Below are positions 11,278-21,647 of a stretch of 64,000 nucleotides of DNA, piece by piece. The notes under the pieces are model-generated. The model had not been told where the DNA came from, did no database searches, and worked only from the letters and a program-made list of their open reading frames with translations. Source of the stretch: Gemmatimonadota bacterium (GTDB lineage Bacteria; Gemmatimonadota; Gemmatimonadetes; Gemmatimonadales; GWC2-71-9); contig JBDHDE010000002.1 of the NCBI GenBank assembly GCA_039591655.1, positions 49,078 through 113,077 on the forward strand. Direction: 5' to 3'. Every line of letters starts with the position of its first letter. The first letter of the stretch is position 1. The position numbers and the translations under genes were made by a program.

Positions 11278-12857
11278 CGGGACACCTCCGCCGGGCTCGC
11301 ATCCAGCACTGCTCCTCTGTATCCGAGCCTCTGATACGTCAACCCGGCGAATGCCGCCTCGCCGGCAGCGAGACGCTCGAACGCCTCGCCCGCGCTTGCC
11401 AACGGCTCACCCCGTCCCAATTCCGCCAGGAGCTCACCTAGAACCCACCAGGCGGGTCGCGCCATTCCCGGTCCGGTCTTTGCCTGCAAGTAGCGCTGCA
11501 CCCGGCGATCACGATTCACGAACGTCCCATCCTCCTCGGCCACGTTCGTGACGGGGAGCACCACGCGGGCTGCCCTACCCGCATCCGGCAGCGTCGTGCC
11601 GAGATACACCACGTTGCCCGCCTGCGCGAGCGCCTCCCGCGTCACGCCGTCGAGGCCCTCGTCCAGCACGACGACCAGGGCGGCATCAGCGACGGCGCGC
11701 AAAGCCGCGTCGAAGTCCTCCTGGAAGCCCAACAGAACTGCCCCGGTGGCGTTGGGTGCCCGCTCCTCGCGCAGCGCGAGGCCCGGCACCCCGGCCAACG
11801 TAACCTCGCCTCCAACCCGCTTCATCCGGAACGCGCCAGTGACGTCGAAGCCCTCGAGCACCCCCCTCGCGAGGTACAGCGCCTCACTGGAAGTACCGGG
11901 GGAGACGAGGGCCACGGCCTTGCCGCTGGCACCCTTCACGACCTGGGCGGCCCGGGCCAGGGCGTGATCCCAATCGACCGCCACCAGCTCACCGTTCTCC
12001 GCCACCAATGGGGCCTCAATCCGATCGCCCCGGTTCATCCAGCGATACTCGCTGCGCCCCTGATCACAGATGAAGTACCGGTTGACCTCCAGATTGGGCC
12101 GCGGCCGCAGACGGACTACCACGTTGCTGCGGGTGTCGATGTTGACGTTGCAGCCCTGCGAGCAGCCCGTGCACACACTGGCCGTCTTGTCCAGCTCCCA
12201 CGCCCGGGCCTTGTGCAGGAAGTCCTTCGAGAGCAGCGATCCCACCGGGCAGAGATCAACCACGTTCCCCGCCCATGGATGGTCCAGCTGCCGGTCGACG
12301 TGTATCCCGATGTGTGCGCGGTCCCCCCGCTCACTGACGTTGAGGATCGGCTCCTCGGCCACGTGGTCCATGAACCGCACGCATCGGGTGCACAGGATGC
12401 AGCGGTTGGGCACGTACAGGATGTCGCCTCCGAAATCCTCCACCGGGTTGAAGCGCTTGGGGAAGGCCGGCGTATAGCGGGTGCGCGCCCGCCCCTCTTG
12501 GAACACGTAGTCCTGGAGCTCGCACTCACCCGCCTGATCGCAAATGGGACAGTCCAGCGGGTGGTTGATGAGCAGGAACTCGAGCACTCCCTCTCGGGCC
12601 TTCGCTGCCTGCTCGGTGTAGACATGCACCTTCTGACCCTCGGCCACGGTGGTAGCGCAGCCGGGGGCCAACTTCGGCATCCCCTCGACCTCCACCAGGC
12701 ACATCCGGCACACCCCGACGATGGGGAGGCCGGGATGGTAGCAGTAATGGGGGATCAGCACCCCAGCCTGCTTCGCCGCCTCGAGGATCATCGTCCCCTT
12801 GGGGACCGTGACCTCGACGCCTTCGATCGTCAGTGTGACCAGTTCTCGTTCCGCCAT
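11274..12857 (-). CDS. nuoG: NADH-quinone oxidoreductase subunit G (short, 527 aa)
   Basis: CYHP...CRMCLVE, NHPLDCPICDQAGECELQ, CILCTRCVRF, CTGCSQGC; start moved to the ATG (MAERE) just after the nuoF stop. Confidence 0.92.
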   Translation of the reverse strand: MAERELVTLTIEGVEVTVPKGTMILEAAKQAGVLIPHYCYHPGLPIVGVCRMCLVEVEGMPKLAPGCATTVAEGQKVHVYTEQAAKAREGVLEFLLINHPLDCPICDQAGECELQDYVFQEGRARTRYTPAFPKRFNPVEDFGGDILYVPNRCILCTRCVRFMDHVAEEPILNVSERGDRAHIGIHVDRQLDHPWAGNVVDLCPVGSLLSKDFLHKARAWELDKTASVCTGCSQGCNVNIDTRSNVVVRLRPRPNLEVNRYFICDQGRSEYRWMNRGDRIEAPLVAENGELVAVDWDHALARAAQVVKGASGKAVALVSPGTSSEALYLARGVLEGFDVTGAFRMKRVGGEVTLAGVPGLALREERAPNATGAVLLGFQEDFDAALRAVADAALVVVLDEGLDGVTREALAQAGNVVYLGTTLPDAGRAARVVLPVTNVAEEDGTFVNRDRRVQRYLQAKTGPGMARPAWWVLGELLAELGRGEPLASAGEAFERLAAGEAAFAGLTYQRLGYRGAVLDASPAEVSR

Positions 12858-12861
12858 ATCC

Positions 12862-14166
12862 TCACACCGCGGCCAACATCGGGCGGCGAGCACCCTCGGT
12901 GTAGGCCTCGAATTCGTTCCGGAACTTGCTGACTGCGCTCATAGCCACAGCGGCACAGGAGTCACTGAGCACGCAGATGGTCTTGCCCGTCATCTGCTCG
13001 CCCAGGTCCATGAGCAGATCGAGGTCCCGCGTCTCCCCCTCACCCGCGAGGATCTTCTGCAGGATGCGCACGGTCCATCCGGTGCCCTCCCGGCACTGCG
13101 TGCACTGGGCACAGGACTCGTGGGCATAGAACCTAGCCGTACGCATCGTCTGGTACACCATGTCGGCGGTCTCGTCGAATACGATCACTCCGCCCGAGCC
13201 CAGCATGGTCCCGACCTCCACGCAGCCCTCGTAATCGAGCACGCACGCCTCGGCTTCCTCGCGATTGAGGTACGGCACCGACGACCCTCCAGGCACCACC
13301 GCCTTGAGCGCTCCGTGTTGCACCCCGCCACACAGGTCGTAGATCAGGTCCTTGAGCGGGAAGCCCATCTCAACTTCGAAGTTCCCGGGCTTGTTCACCT
13401 GCCCACACACGCTGAGCAGCTTGGTGCCCGTACTCTTGGGATTCGAGAGGCTCAGCGACTTGTACCACTGGGCTCCCCGGTTGATGATGTGCAGCACCGA
13501 GGCGAGCGTCTCGACGTTGTTGATGGTGGTGGGTCGGCCGAACACGCCGTACGCGGCCGGGAACGGTGGCCGGATCCGTGGATTGCCGCGCTTGCCCTCG
13601 ATGGAGTTCATCAGCGCGGTCTCCTCACCACAGATGTACGCCCCCGCACCCCGGTGGATGTACATGTCCAGGCGCTTCCCTTTCCCCATCGCGTTCTTCC
13701 CCAGCACACCCTTGGCATAGGCCTCATCGAGGGCCTGCTGCATCACGGCTATGGGCTCGGTGAACTCGCCCCGGATGTAGATGTAGGTGATCTCGGCCTG
13801 GATGGCGTACTGCGCGATGGCCGCCCCCTCGATGAGCGCATGGGGCGTCCACCGCATGATCTCGCGGTCCTTGAAGGTGCCTGGCTCGGACTCATCGGCA
13901 TTGGCACATAGATAGTGGGGGCCCTTCCTCTCCTTGGGCATGAAGCCCCATTTCACCCCGGCCGGGAACCCGGCGCCCCCACGCCCGCGTAGTCCGGACT
14001 CCCTCACTTCAGTGATGACATCCTGCGGGTCCATGGAGAGCGCCTTCTCCAACGCCTGGTACCCGCCTCGCTTGATCCACCCGTCGTACGTGCGGGCCTC
14101 GGGATCGCCGAAGTGCTCGCTGAGAACGCGTGTTTCCTTGGGATGTGGCTCGTGCGGATAGCCCAT
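12862..14166 (-). CDS. nuoF: NADH-quinone oxidoreductase subunit F
   Basis: GLRGRGGAGF, NADESEPGTFKDR, GAGAYICGEETAL, ESCAQCTQCREG. Confidence 0.96.
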   Translation of the reverse strand: MGYPHEPHPKETRVLSEHFGDPEARTYDGWIKRGGYQALEKALSMDPQDVITEVRESGLRGRGGAGFPAGVKWGFMPKERKGPHYLCANADESEPGTFKDREIMRWTPHALIEGAAIAQYAIQAEITYIYIRGEFTEPIAVMQQALDEAYAKGVLGKNAMGKGKRLDMYIHRGAGAYICGEETALMNSIEGKRGNPRIRPPFPAAYGVFGRPTTINNVETLASVLHIINRGAQWYKSLSLSNPKSTGTKLLSVCGQVNKPGNFEVEMGFPLKDLIYDLCGGVQHGALKAVVPGGSSVPYLNREEAEACVLDYEGCVEVGTMLGSGGVIVFDETADMVYQTMRTARFYAHESCAQCTQCREGTGWTVRILQKILAGEGETRDLDLLMDLGEQMTGKTICVLSDSCAAVAMSAVSKFRNEFEAYTEGARRPMLAAV

Positions 14167-14194
14167 TACGCCCCCTGCCCCGCGCCGCCCCGGC

Positions 14195-14689
14195 TCACTG
14201 GTACCTCTGCAGGAGCTCTGGCACCGATTCCGGTGTCACGCTCTCGATGAAGTCGTCGTTGACCATCACCGGCGTGGGGAATCCGCACGCTCCGAGGCAT
14301 TCGACCTCGATGACTGTGTACTTCCCATCGGGCGAGGTGGCGCCCAACTCCCCGCAGCCGGTGTGCTCCAGGAACGCGCTCACCACGTCCTCGGCACCCA
14401 CCACGTTGCAGCACGTTGTCGTACACACTTGGATGAAGTGCGTCCCAACCGGGTGCTGGTGATACATGGTGTAGAACGTCACCACACCCTTCACGTAGGC
14501 CGGGGTGAGATCCAGCACCTCGGCCACCTCCGCCATCGCTTCGTCGGAGATCCAGCCGCGCGCCTGCTGCACCATCCACAGCGCGGGCAGCAGCCCGGCG
14601 GCCTTCGCCTCGTACCGCTGCAGGATCTCCTCGATCTGCTTCCGTCGCTTGCCCGTGAACACGGGCTCGTAAGTCGTCGTCTCGTGCAT
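14195..14689 (-). CDS. nuoE: NADH-quinone oxidoreductase subunit E
   Basis: VCTTTCC...ECLGAC 2Fe-2S motif; start placed at MHETT. Confidence 0.93.
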   Translation of the reverse strand: MHETTTYEPVFTGKRRKQIEEILQRYEAKAAGLLPALWMVQQARGWISDEAMAEVAEVLDLTPAYVKGVVTFYTMYHQHPVGTHFIQVCTTTCCNVVGAEDVVSAFLEHTGCGELGATSPDGKYTVIEVECLGACGFPTPVMVNDDFIESVTPESVPELLQRYQ

Positions 14690-14717
14690 CACTCGTTTCC
14701 GCCCCGGCCCAAGGCCC

Positions 14718-16004
14718 CTAGCGGTCGATCTCTCCCAATACGATATCCACGCTGGCATTGATCGCGATCAGATCGGCCAGCAGGTGCCCTTCGGCCATCT
14801 TGGGCAGCGCCGCCAGATTGATGAGCGACGGCGGCCGGATACGCCACCGAACGGGCTTCGCCGTTCCGTCGGACACGAAGTAGGTGCCCAGCTCCCCTTT
14901 GCCGTTCTCGATGGGGAAGTACACCTCCCCAACCGGGGCCGGCACGCCTTCCATGACCTGCTTGAAGTGGAAGATCATCGCCTCCATGTCCGACATGGCG
15001 GCACTCTTGGGAGGCAGGATCACCCGCGGATCGGCCGCGTTGATCGGTCCGTCCGGCAGACGGTCCAGCGCCTGCTCCAGGATGCGGACCGACTGCCGCA
15101 TCTCCTCCATCCGAATGAGGTAGCGGTCGTAGACGTCGCCGTGCTCGCCGATGGGCACGTCGAAGTCGTAGGTCTCGTAGTCGAGATACGGACGGTCCTT
15201 GCGCACGTCGTACGCGACCTCGCTGGCACGGAGCATGGGTCCAGAGAGGCCGTAGTTGATGGCATCCTCCGCGGACATCACCCCGACCCCCTGGCACCGG
15301 GAACACCAGATGGCGTTCTTGGTGAGGAGACGATCCACCTCGTCCAGCACGCCCGGGAAGCTCTTGCACCAGTCCCGCAGCCGGTCCTCGAAGCCGTCGG
15401 GAATGTCGGCCATCATCCCGCCCACACGTGTGAGGCTCGTGGTGAGGCGGGCGCCAGTCCACTCCTCCTGCAGATCGTAGACCTTCTCGCGCTCCTGGAA
15501 TGTCCACAGGAACGGCGTGAAGGCGCCGATGTCCACGGCGGTGGTTCCGAGCCAGACGATGTGCGAGATGATGCGGCTCAGCTCGCAGGCGATGACGCGG
15601 AGCACCTTGCACCGCTCGGTGATCTCGATGCCCATGAGCTGCTCGGCGGCAAGTGCCAGCCCGACGTTGTTGGCCATGGGAGCGAGGTAGTCGGTTCGGT
15701 CGGTCAGCGGGATGATCTGATTGTAGTGCCGGTACTCGCCCAGCTTCTCGAAGCCCGAGTGCAGGTACCCGATGTGAGGTATCACCCGGACGACGACCTC
15801 GCCTTCGAGTTGGACCACGAGGCGCAGCACCCCGTGAGTCGCAGGATGCTGCGGCCCGATGTTGATCAACATATCTTCGGCCCTGAAGTCCGGCTCGCCG
15901 TCCTCTTCCGCCGCTCCCACCCCCAACGGGACGCGCACGGGCCGTCCCTGGGCGTCGACTCCCGTCGTCGCTACGTCGAGCTCGATCGTCCGCTTCTCAC
16001 CCAT
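14718..16004 (-). CDS. nuoD: NADH-quinone oxidoreductase subunit D
   Basis: NIGPQHPATHGVLRL, GYLHSGFEK, C-terminal DIVLGEIDR. Confidence 0.96.
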   Translation of the reverse strand: MGEKRTIELDVATTGVDAQGRPVRVPLGVGAAEEDGEPDFRAEDMLINIGPQHPATHGVLRLVVQLEGEVVVRVIPHIGYLHSGFEKLGEYRHYNQIIPLTDRTDYLAPMANNVGLALAAEQLMGIEITERCKVLRVIACELSRIISHIVWLGTTAVDIGAFTPFLWTFQEREKVYDLQEEWTGARLTTSLTRVGGMMADIPDGFEDRLRDWCKSFPGVLDEVDRLLTKNAIWCSRCQGVGVMSAEDAINYGLSGPMLRASEVAYDVRKDRPYLDYETYDFDVPIGEHGDVYDRYLIRMEEMRQSVRILEQALDRLPDGPINAADPRVILPPKSAAMSDMEAMIFHFKQVMEGVPAPVGEVYFPIENGKGELGTYFVSDGTAKPVRWRIRPPSLINLAALPKMAEGHLLADLIAINASVDIVLGEIDR

Positions 16005-16632
16005 TGTCGTGGTCCGCCTCTAGCTCGGGCACCTCGCCGCGCTCCCCCCTCACCAGCCGCTCCCGCACGTCGGCGGGGAGGTCGTGATGCGCCTGCACGA
16101 TGGAGAGCTCCTCGAGCGAGTAGTGCGCCTCGGGATTGGCGTGCAGCGCGCGGCGGACCTGCTCCGACCGGGAGAAGCGGCCACGGAGCGGGAAGTCCTT
16201 CCGCAGCGGGTGACCTTCGTCGTACGTCTCCCACATGAGCAGCCGCCGGAGATCGGGGTGCTCGCGGAAGGTGACACCGAACAGGTCGTACACTTCACGC
16301 TCGAGCCAATCGGCGGCGTGCCACAGCGGGACCACGGAGTCGACCTCGAGGGCCTCGTCCTGGGGGAGCTCCACCTTGACCCGGAGGTCCATCCGCCGCT
16401 CGAGGGAGCGGAGCTCGTACATGACCTCCATGGGGAGCTCGGGATCGCGGTACTCCACCGCGGTGAGGTCCACGAGGTAGTTGTAGTCCTCGCCCGGCGT
16501 CTCCTTGAGCCACTGGAGGACCTCCCGGAGACTCCCGCGATGCACGTAGACGATGGTCTGGCCGCAGGAAACGGTTGCGCGCCCGATCTTGTTGCCGTGG
16601 GCGCGCCGCAGGGATTCGACAGAGGGATTCAC
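15997..16632 (-). CDS. nuoC: NADH-quinone oxidoreductase subunit C
   Basis: WLEREVYDLFGV, HPDLRRLL, GHPLRKDFPL. Confidence 0.95.
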   Translation of the reverse strand: MNPSVESLRRAHGNKIGRATVSCGQTIVYVHRGSLREVLQWLKETPGEDYNYLVDLTAVEYRDPELPMEVMYELRSLERRMDLRVKVELPQDEALEVDSVVPLWHAADWLEREVYDLFGVTFREHPDLRRLLMWETYDEGHPLRKDFPLRGRFSRSEQVRRALHANPEAHYSLEELSIVQAHHDLPADVRERLVRGERGEVPELEADHDNG

Positions 16633-16639
16633 AGGGTCG

Positions 16640-17254
16640 CTACGCTGAGCGTGTCTGATGGACCGAGTTGCCGAACGGCTCCGACAGCTCGTCGACCAGC
16701 CGCGGCGGGATCCTCAAGTTCCCCCGCTCGAGGGGACGCTCTACCCGGAGGGTCGGGTCGGCCAGCGTCTCTCCCCTGATCTTCTTGTGCAACAGCAGGA
16801 TGCCGTAGAGCAGCCCCTCGGGCCGCGGCGGGCAGCCGGGCACGTACACGTCCACCGGCACTACCGTGTCGATCCCTTGCACCATCGCGTAGGTGTCAAA
16901 GATCCCGCCGGTTGAGGCGCAGGCTCCCATGGAGATCACCCACTTGGGCTGCGGCATCTGGTCGTAGATCCGCCGAATCACCGGCGCCAGCTTGAACGGG
17001 AGTCGCCCAGCGCAGAGCAGAACGTCAGCTTGCCGGGGCGTGTAGCCCAACCGCTCCATGCCGAAGCGGGACAGATCGAACCGGCTGGCCGCCGTGGCCA
17101 TGAACTCGATGGCGCAACAGGCGGTTCCGAAGGGCATCGGCCAGAGGCTGCTCGACCGCGCCCAGTTGACCAAGAAGTCGAGACGGGTGGTCACCCAGTT
17201 CGGGGAGATCTGCGAGACTACCGACGAGGTCTCGGGAGGGGCGGTCAGTGCCAT
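16640..17254 (-). CDS. nuoB: NADH-quinone oxidoreductase subunit B
   Basis: [24 protein letters not shown]. Confidence 0.96.
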   Translation of the reverse strand: MALTAPPETSSVVSQISPNWVTTRLDFLVNWARSSSLWPMPFGTACCAIEFMATAASRFDLSRFGMERLGYTPRQADVLLCAGRLPFKLAPVIRRIYDQMPQPKWVISMGACASTGGIFDTYAMVQGIDTVVPVDVYVPGCPPRPEGLLYGILLLHKKIRGETLADPTLRVERPLERGNLRIPPRLVDELSEPFGNSVHQTRSA

Positions 17255-17613
17255 TCCAGCGCTCCCCGCTTCCAGGCGTATATGAACCCCACCAAGAGGA
17301 TGATTACGAATACGAGCATCTCAATGAGCCCGAACAACCCGAGCTGCCGGAACGCCACCCCCCAAGGGATCATGAACACCGTCTCCAGATCGAAGACGAT
17401 GAAGAGCATCGCAACCAGGTAGAACTTGACGCTGAACCGGGACCACGTGCTGCCGAGGGGCGGCATGCCCGATTCGTACGGCGTCAGCTTGATTGGAGTC
17501 GCGGTCGCCCCGGGGTACAGGTGGGACAGGATGAGAATCGCCAGAGCCGTCATCACCACGAAGGCGATCAGAAGAAAGAGAGGGATGTATTGTTGTAGCA
17601 CCGGACCGTGCAC
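17245..17613 (-). CDS. nuoA: NADH-quinone oxidoreductase subunit A
   Basis: [30 protein letters not shown]; exact start uncertain. Confidence 0.93.
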   Translation of the reverse strand: MHGPVLQQYIPLFLLIAFVVMTALAILILSHLYPGATATPIKLTPYESGMPPLGSTWSRFSVKFYLVAMLFIVFDLETVFMIPWGVAFRQLGLFGLIEMLVFVIILLVGFIYAWKRGALEWH

Positions 17614-17652
17614 TCGCGAAACGCGTTCACGTTCATCGGATTTCGGGCGTGG

Positions 17653-17682
17653 AAGTTACCCAGGCCTCCGGAGCAGTGTCAA
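17653..17682 (-). promoter_or_regulatory. sigma70-type promoter of nuo operon
   Basis: On the - strand: TTGACA-N18-TAACTT about 40 nt upstream of nuoA. Confidence 0.6.
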
Positions 17683-17805
17683 GCAAGCCTAAGGTAGCGC
17701 AGCAGAAATGCTTACATATCTTTCCGTGGGCCGCCGAGCGTCGGCCGCGCCTGCGTCGCGCGGGGGCGAGCGCACCCACCCAGAACCCGCTTGGAAGGAA
17801 GGTTC

Positions 17806-18366
17806 ATGTCGATCAAGTCCGACCGTTGGATCCGCCACATGGCACAGGAGCACGGCATGATCGAGCCGTTCGCCGAATCACAGGTGCGGGCTGGGGCCAT
17901 CAGCTACGGCGTGTCGTCGTACGGCTACGACATGCGCGTGGCCCGCGAGTTTCGCATCTTCACGAACGTTCATTCGCCGGTGGTGGACCCAAAGGATTTC
18001 GACGCGAGGTCGCTGGTCGACTATGAGGGCGACAATTGCATCATCCCACCGAACTCTTTCGCGCTCGCGCGTTCGGTGGAGTACTTCCGTATTCCGCGCA
18101 ACGTGCTCACGATTTGCGTCGGGAAGAGCACGTACGCCCGCTGCGGCATCATCACGAACGTGACACCGTTCGAGCCGGAATGGGAGGGCCACGTGACCCT
18201 GGAGATCTCCAATACGACACCGCTCCCCGCCAGGATCTACGCCGAGGAGGGCATCGCTCAGGTGCTGTTCTTCGAGGCCGACGCGGATGACGAGTGCGAG
18301 GTGTCGTACGGCGACCGCAAGGGGAAGTACCAGGCCCAGCGCGGGGTCACGCTGCCCAAGCTCTAG
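17806..18366 (+). CDS. dcd: dCTP deaminase
   Basis: [43 protein letters not shown]-like GGAAGG upstream of the ATG at 17806. Confidence 0.96.
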   Translation: MSIKSDRWIRHMAQEHGMIEPFAESQVRAGAISYGVSSYGYDMRVAREFRIFTNVHSPVVDPKDFDARSLVDYEGDNCIIPPNSFALARSVEYFRIPRNVLTICVGKSTYARCGIITNVTPFEPEWEGHVTLEISNTTPLPARIYAEEGIAQVLFFEADADDECEVSYGDRKGKYQAQRGVTLPKL

Positions 18367-18378
18367 GGTAGAGGCGAA

Positions 18379-19338
18379 ATGGCACTCGTTCGGTGTCCGA
18401 TCCACAAGATCCCCTACAACGACGAGAACCCTCGTGGCTGCCCGGCGTGCGCGCTCGAAAAGGAGGGAGCCGGGGAGGCCCGTATCATGCAGGAGCTGGC
18501 AAAGGCCTCACAACCCGCCCGGCGGGTGAGCTCGCCGGAGGTCGCCCCCCCACCCGAGGAGCCAGCCCTCCCGCAGGAGCCGTCTCCCTTCGAGCCGATT
18601 TGGGAGGAGCCCCTCGAGGAGGAGAGCCGGCTCCGCGCGTGGAGGCGGGCACTCGTGGGCCCGCGCGGCCTCGCCATCGGGGCGGGGATCATCGTGGTGC
18701 TGGCGGTGACGCTGTACCTCACGACGCGGCCGCGTTTCGTGGCGCAGGCTCATCCCGCGGCCGCCGTCGACCAGGACGTGCGTCCGCTGCCCATCGAGCC
18801 GGGAGCCCCGGTGACCATGGTCTTTGCCCTCCTGGGCACCCAGGCGCCCCGGCCCGTGCCGGATGAACCCCGACTCGCCCGCTACTCGTATGGCACCGAC
18901 CTCGAGGTGGACGTCATCAATGAGGCAGTCTACGCCGTCACCTTCAGCGTGCCGAATCGGAGCTGGCGGGGTCTGCGCGCCGGTGTGCCGGAGCAGACGG
19001 CCCGGGGCACCCTGGCACTGCTCGGGACGCCCGAGGAGGTAACCCGAGGCTCACCGGCGACGCCCGAGCTGAGGGGGAGTTATCTCGTCTATCCGTCCCT
19101 AGAACAGCGGCCGCGGCGCACGCTCCGGGCCGAGGTCCGCCCGCCCAACGGCTGCTTTGACGTCCTGGTGGACCTCCAGCCGCGGGCCGCGGGCTTGCTG
19201 CTGCAAGAGGGCAATCGATACGCAGTGGTGGGCCGCGGTGAGGAGCCGCTGGAGTGGGCCATCACCCGCGTCCGCGTGGTGGATCGCTCGGTCAGCGGCC
19301 CCTACGCCGACGGGCCGGCCTGTCAAGGAGGAGGATAG
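18379..19338 (+). CDS. hypothetical bitopic membrane protein with N-terminal CxxH-x9-CxxC zinc finger
   Basis: CPIHKIPYNDENPRGCPAC, Pro/Glu-rich linker, one TM helix; GAGG SD; directly follows dcd. Confidence 0.75.
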   Translation: MALVRCPIHKIPYNDENPRGCPACALEKEGAGEARIMQELAKASQPARRVSSPEVAPPPEEPALPQEPSPFEPIWEEPLEEESRLRAWRRALVGPRGLAIGAGIIVVLAVTLYLTTRPRFVAQAHPAAAVDQDVRPLPIEPGAPVTMVFALLGTQAPRPVPDEPRLARYSYGTDLEVDVINEAVYAVTFSVPNRSWRGLRAGVPEQTARGTLALLGTPEEVTRGSPATPELRGSYLVYPSLEQRPRRTLRAEVRPPNGCFDVLVDLQPRAAGLLLQEGNRYAVVGRGEEPLEWAITRVRVVDRSVSGPYADGPACQGGG

Positions 19339-19342
19339 AGCC

Positions 19343-20065
19343 GTGACGACGACCGAACAGACCTGGGGACCCTGGAAGCTCGCCTTGCGGGTGATCGACG
19401 AGCCGGTGGAGGTATTCCGCCAACTGGCGGTGCGGCCCGCGGTGTGGGCGCCCATCGTCACGATGGTGATCGTGGTGGCGCTCACGAGCTTCACCATGCC
19501 CTCCGAGCCGATTGCCCAGGCCACCCGCACGCAAATGGAGGCGGCGCAGCGGCGGGCGCCCGACCAGATCACCGACGAGGCCATCGAGGAGCGCGTGGAG
19601 CTCGCCACCAGCACGAGGGGACGCGCCATCTCGCTGGCGAGCCAGGTAGTGATCTACCTGCTCGGCTTCGCGGTGGTGGCCGCCGTCCTGATGCTCGTCT
19701 TCGGGGCAGTCGGAAGCGAGCCCCTGAAGTTCAAGGACGAGTTCGCCATCGTCACACACGCGTTCATGCCGCAACTGTTGGGCTTCATCCTCATCGTGCT
19801 GCTGACCCGCTTCGCGGGGATCGAGCAGCTGAGCCTCTCGCTCGGTTTCCTGTTCGACAGCGAGTCGTCGCTCTTCATGCACAACCTCGGCAACCAGTTC
19901 ACCCTCTTCGGGACCTGGAACATGGTCCTGCTGGCCCTGGGCAACCAGATTCGCACCGGGGCGAAGACCCTCGGCGGACCGCTGGCCATAGTGGGCGGGC
20001 TCTGGGTGCTGTTGAACGTGGTGCTCGGCGCGATGGTGACATTCCTGGCAGGGCTGGCGGGCTAG
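19343..20065 (+). CDS. Yip1 family membrane protein
   Basis: IDEPVEVFRQL...W N-terminal motif, about 5 TM segments; GGAGG SD before the GTG at 19343. Confidence 0.75.
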   Translation: MTTTEQTWGPWKLALRVIDEPVEVFRQLAVRPAVWAPIVTMVIVVALTSFTMPSEPIAQATRTQMEAAQRRAPDQITDEAIEERVELATSTRGRAISLASQVVIYLLGFAVVAAVLMLVFGAVGSEPLKFKDEFAIVTHAFMPQLLGFILIVLLTRFAGIEQLSLSLGFLFDSESSLFMHNLGNQFTLFGTWNMVLLALGNQIRTGAKTLGGPLAIVGGLWVLLNVVLGAMVTFLAGLAG

Positions 20066-20103
20066 CCGCCCGGCGCTCGACCCCCGGGAGGGGGCAAACG
20101 GCC

Positions 20104-20141
20104 ACCGCCCCTCCACCCAAGCCATGGGGTGGAGGGGCGGT
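20104..20141. terminator. perfect 15-bp hairpin between convergent genes (probably bidirectional terminator)
   Basis: ACCGCCCCTCCACCC-aagccatg-GGGTGGAGGGGCGGT. Confidence 0.65.
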
Positions 20142-20167
20142 CCCTTCTCGCTTCAGCCTCCCGGCGT

Positions 20168-20566
20168 CTACTCGATGGTGAACGTCATCGTGTGTAGCAC
20201 GTTGCCCGCGGTGTCCCGCACCGTGACCGTCCACTCACCCTTCCACTCCGCCACGATCTTCTTGCTGCTGTAGGTGCGCCACGGAGAGCCGCCGATCTGG
20301 AGCGGCACGACCCACTCGTACCCGGCGAAGCTCCACACGTGCTCCAGGGCCATGCCTTCGGCGCCGGTCACCTTGGTCCAGCACCATAGGGTCTCGACGT
20401 CGGCCGAGAAGGTCGAGCCGGTGTCCACCGGCATGCGATCCACCACCTCCCGCGCGATCACTCCCTCGACGGTGATCGCGGACTCCTGGGCGCCGAGGGG
20501 TGCCGAAAGCCCCCCGAGCACGAGCGGCAGCACCAGGAGCAAGACTGCGCGTCTGATCGTCTTCAT
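20168..20566 (-). CDS. secreted DUF2914-like protein
   Basis: Signal peptide MKTIRRAVLLLVL; WRTYSSKKI...GEWTVTVRD motif; GGAGG SD. Confidence 0.75.
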   Translation of the reverse strand: MKTIRRAVLLLVLPLVLGGLSAPLGAQESAITVEGVIAREVVDRMPVDTGSTFSADVETLWCWTKVTGAEGMALEHVWSFAGYEWVVPLQIGGSPWRTYSSKKIVAEWKGEWTVTVRDTAGNVLHTMTFTIE

Positions 20567-20672
20567 TGGTGACCTCCGCTGACAGGTTATCTGGGCGCAC
20601 AGCGCGCTGGCGAACGCGTACACTCAAAGCTATCTTCGCCCCGCAAACGAGCAAAGCACGGAGGATCAACGG

Positions 20673-21581
20673 ATGCTACGGTCACACCTCATTGCGGTGA
20701 TCGGCGTCACATTTGCCCTCACGGCGTGCGGCGGCGGCGGGCGCAGCGATGGGGGCAGCCAGCCCATCGCCGTCTCCGGGGTCGGCTTCGCAACGCCGGA
20801 ATCGCTGCTGCACGACGCCACCGCGGACGTCTACCTCGTCTCCAACATCAACGGCTCCCCGCTCGCCAAGGACGACAACGGATTCATCTCCCGCCTGGCG
20901 CCCGACGGCAGCGTGCTCGAGCTCAAGTGGATCGATGGCGCGGCCCCCGACGTCACCCTCCACGCCCCCAAGGGCACCGCATTGAAGGGCGACACCCTGA
21001 TCGTCGCAGACATCGATGTGGTGCGGCTGTTCGACCGGCTCAGCGGCGCCCCCATCGGGCAGTGGGCCGTGGCCGGAGCCACATTCCTGAACGACGTCGC
21101 GGTCGGACCGGACGGCACGGTCTACGTGACCGACAGCGGGTTCGAGGCGGGTGACGAGGGCTTCGCCCCCAGCGGCACAGACGCGGTGCACAAGTTCGAT
21201 GCGGAGGGCCAGGCCGCGGCCCTGGTGAGCGGCGCGGCGCTAGGGGGACCCAACGGCATCGTGGTGGACGGCGCCCGCGTGATGATCGTGACCTTCGGGA
21301 CGGGTCGGGTCATCCTGGTTCAGCGGGAGGCGGGCACGATCAGCGGCCTGCCGGCCCCGCCGACCGGCCAGCTCGACGGGGTCGTGAAGGTGGCCGACGG
21401 CCAGTTCCTCATATCGAGCTGGGAAGGCCAGGCCGTCTACCGCCTGGGCGCCGGCGGGGTGTACACGACAGAGGTGGACTCGGTGGAGGCGCCAGCCGAC
21501 ATCGGGTTCGACGCCACCCGACGCCGGGTGCTGATCCCGCTATTCATGGCACACGAGGTCTTGATTCGGCCGGTGGAGTAG
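20673..21581 (+). CDS. SMP-30/gluconolactonase-like beta-propeller lipoprotein
   Basis: Lipobox LTAC; TPES, FLNDVAV, GPNG, LDG, PADIG propeller motifs. Confidence 0.8.
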   Translation: MLRSHLIAVIGVTFALTACGGGGRSDGGSQPIAVSGVGFATPESLLHDATADVYLVSNINGSPLAKDDNGFISRLAPDGSVLELKWIDGAAPDVTLHAPKGTALKGDTLIVADIDVVRLFDRLSGAPIGQWAVAGATFLNDVAVGPDGTVYVTDSGFEAGDEGFAPSGTDAVHKFDAEGQAAALVSGAALGGPNGIVVDGARVMIVTFGTGRVILVQREAGTISGLPAPPTGQLDGVVKVADGQFLISSWEGQAVYRLGAGGVYTTEVDSVEAPADIGFDATRRRVLIPLFMAHEVLIRPVE

Positions 21582-21647
21582 GCCGGGGGGTAGGCCAGCG
21601 GGAAGGGGGAATGAAGAAAGCGAGGGGGCGGGCCTCACCCGCGAGCG

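Noticed and set aside
380..17598. Many long + strand ORFs (e.g. 5316-6908, 14784-16238) opposite the nuo, pmm and UPF0182 genes
   Set aside because: Antisense shadow frames typical of high-GC DNA; no motifs; real genes occupy the other strand
17614..17635. Rex-like operator upstream of nuoA (GTGAACGCGTTTCGC)
   Set aside because: Only one half-site resembles TTGTGAA-N4-TTCACAA and the spacing is off
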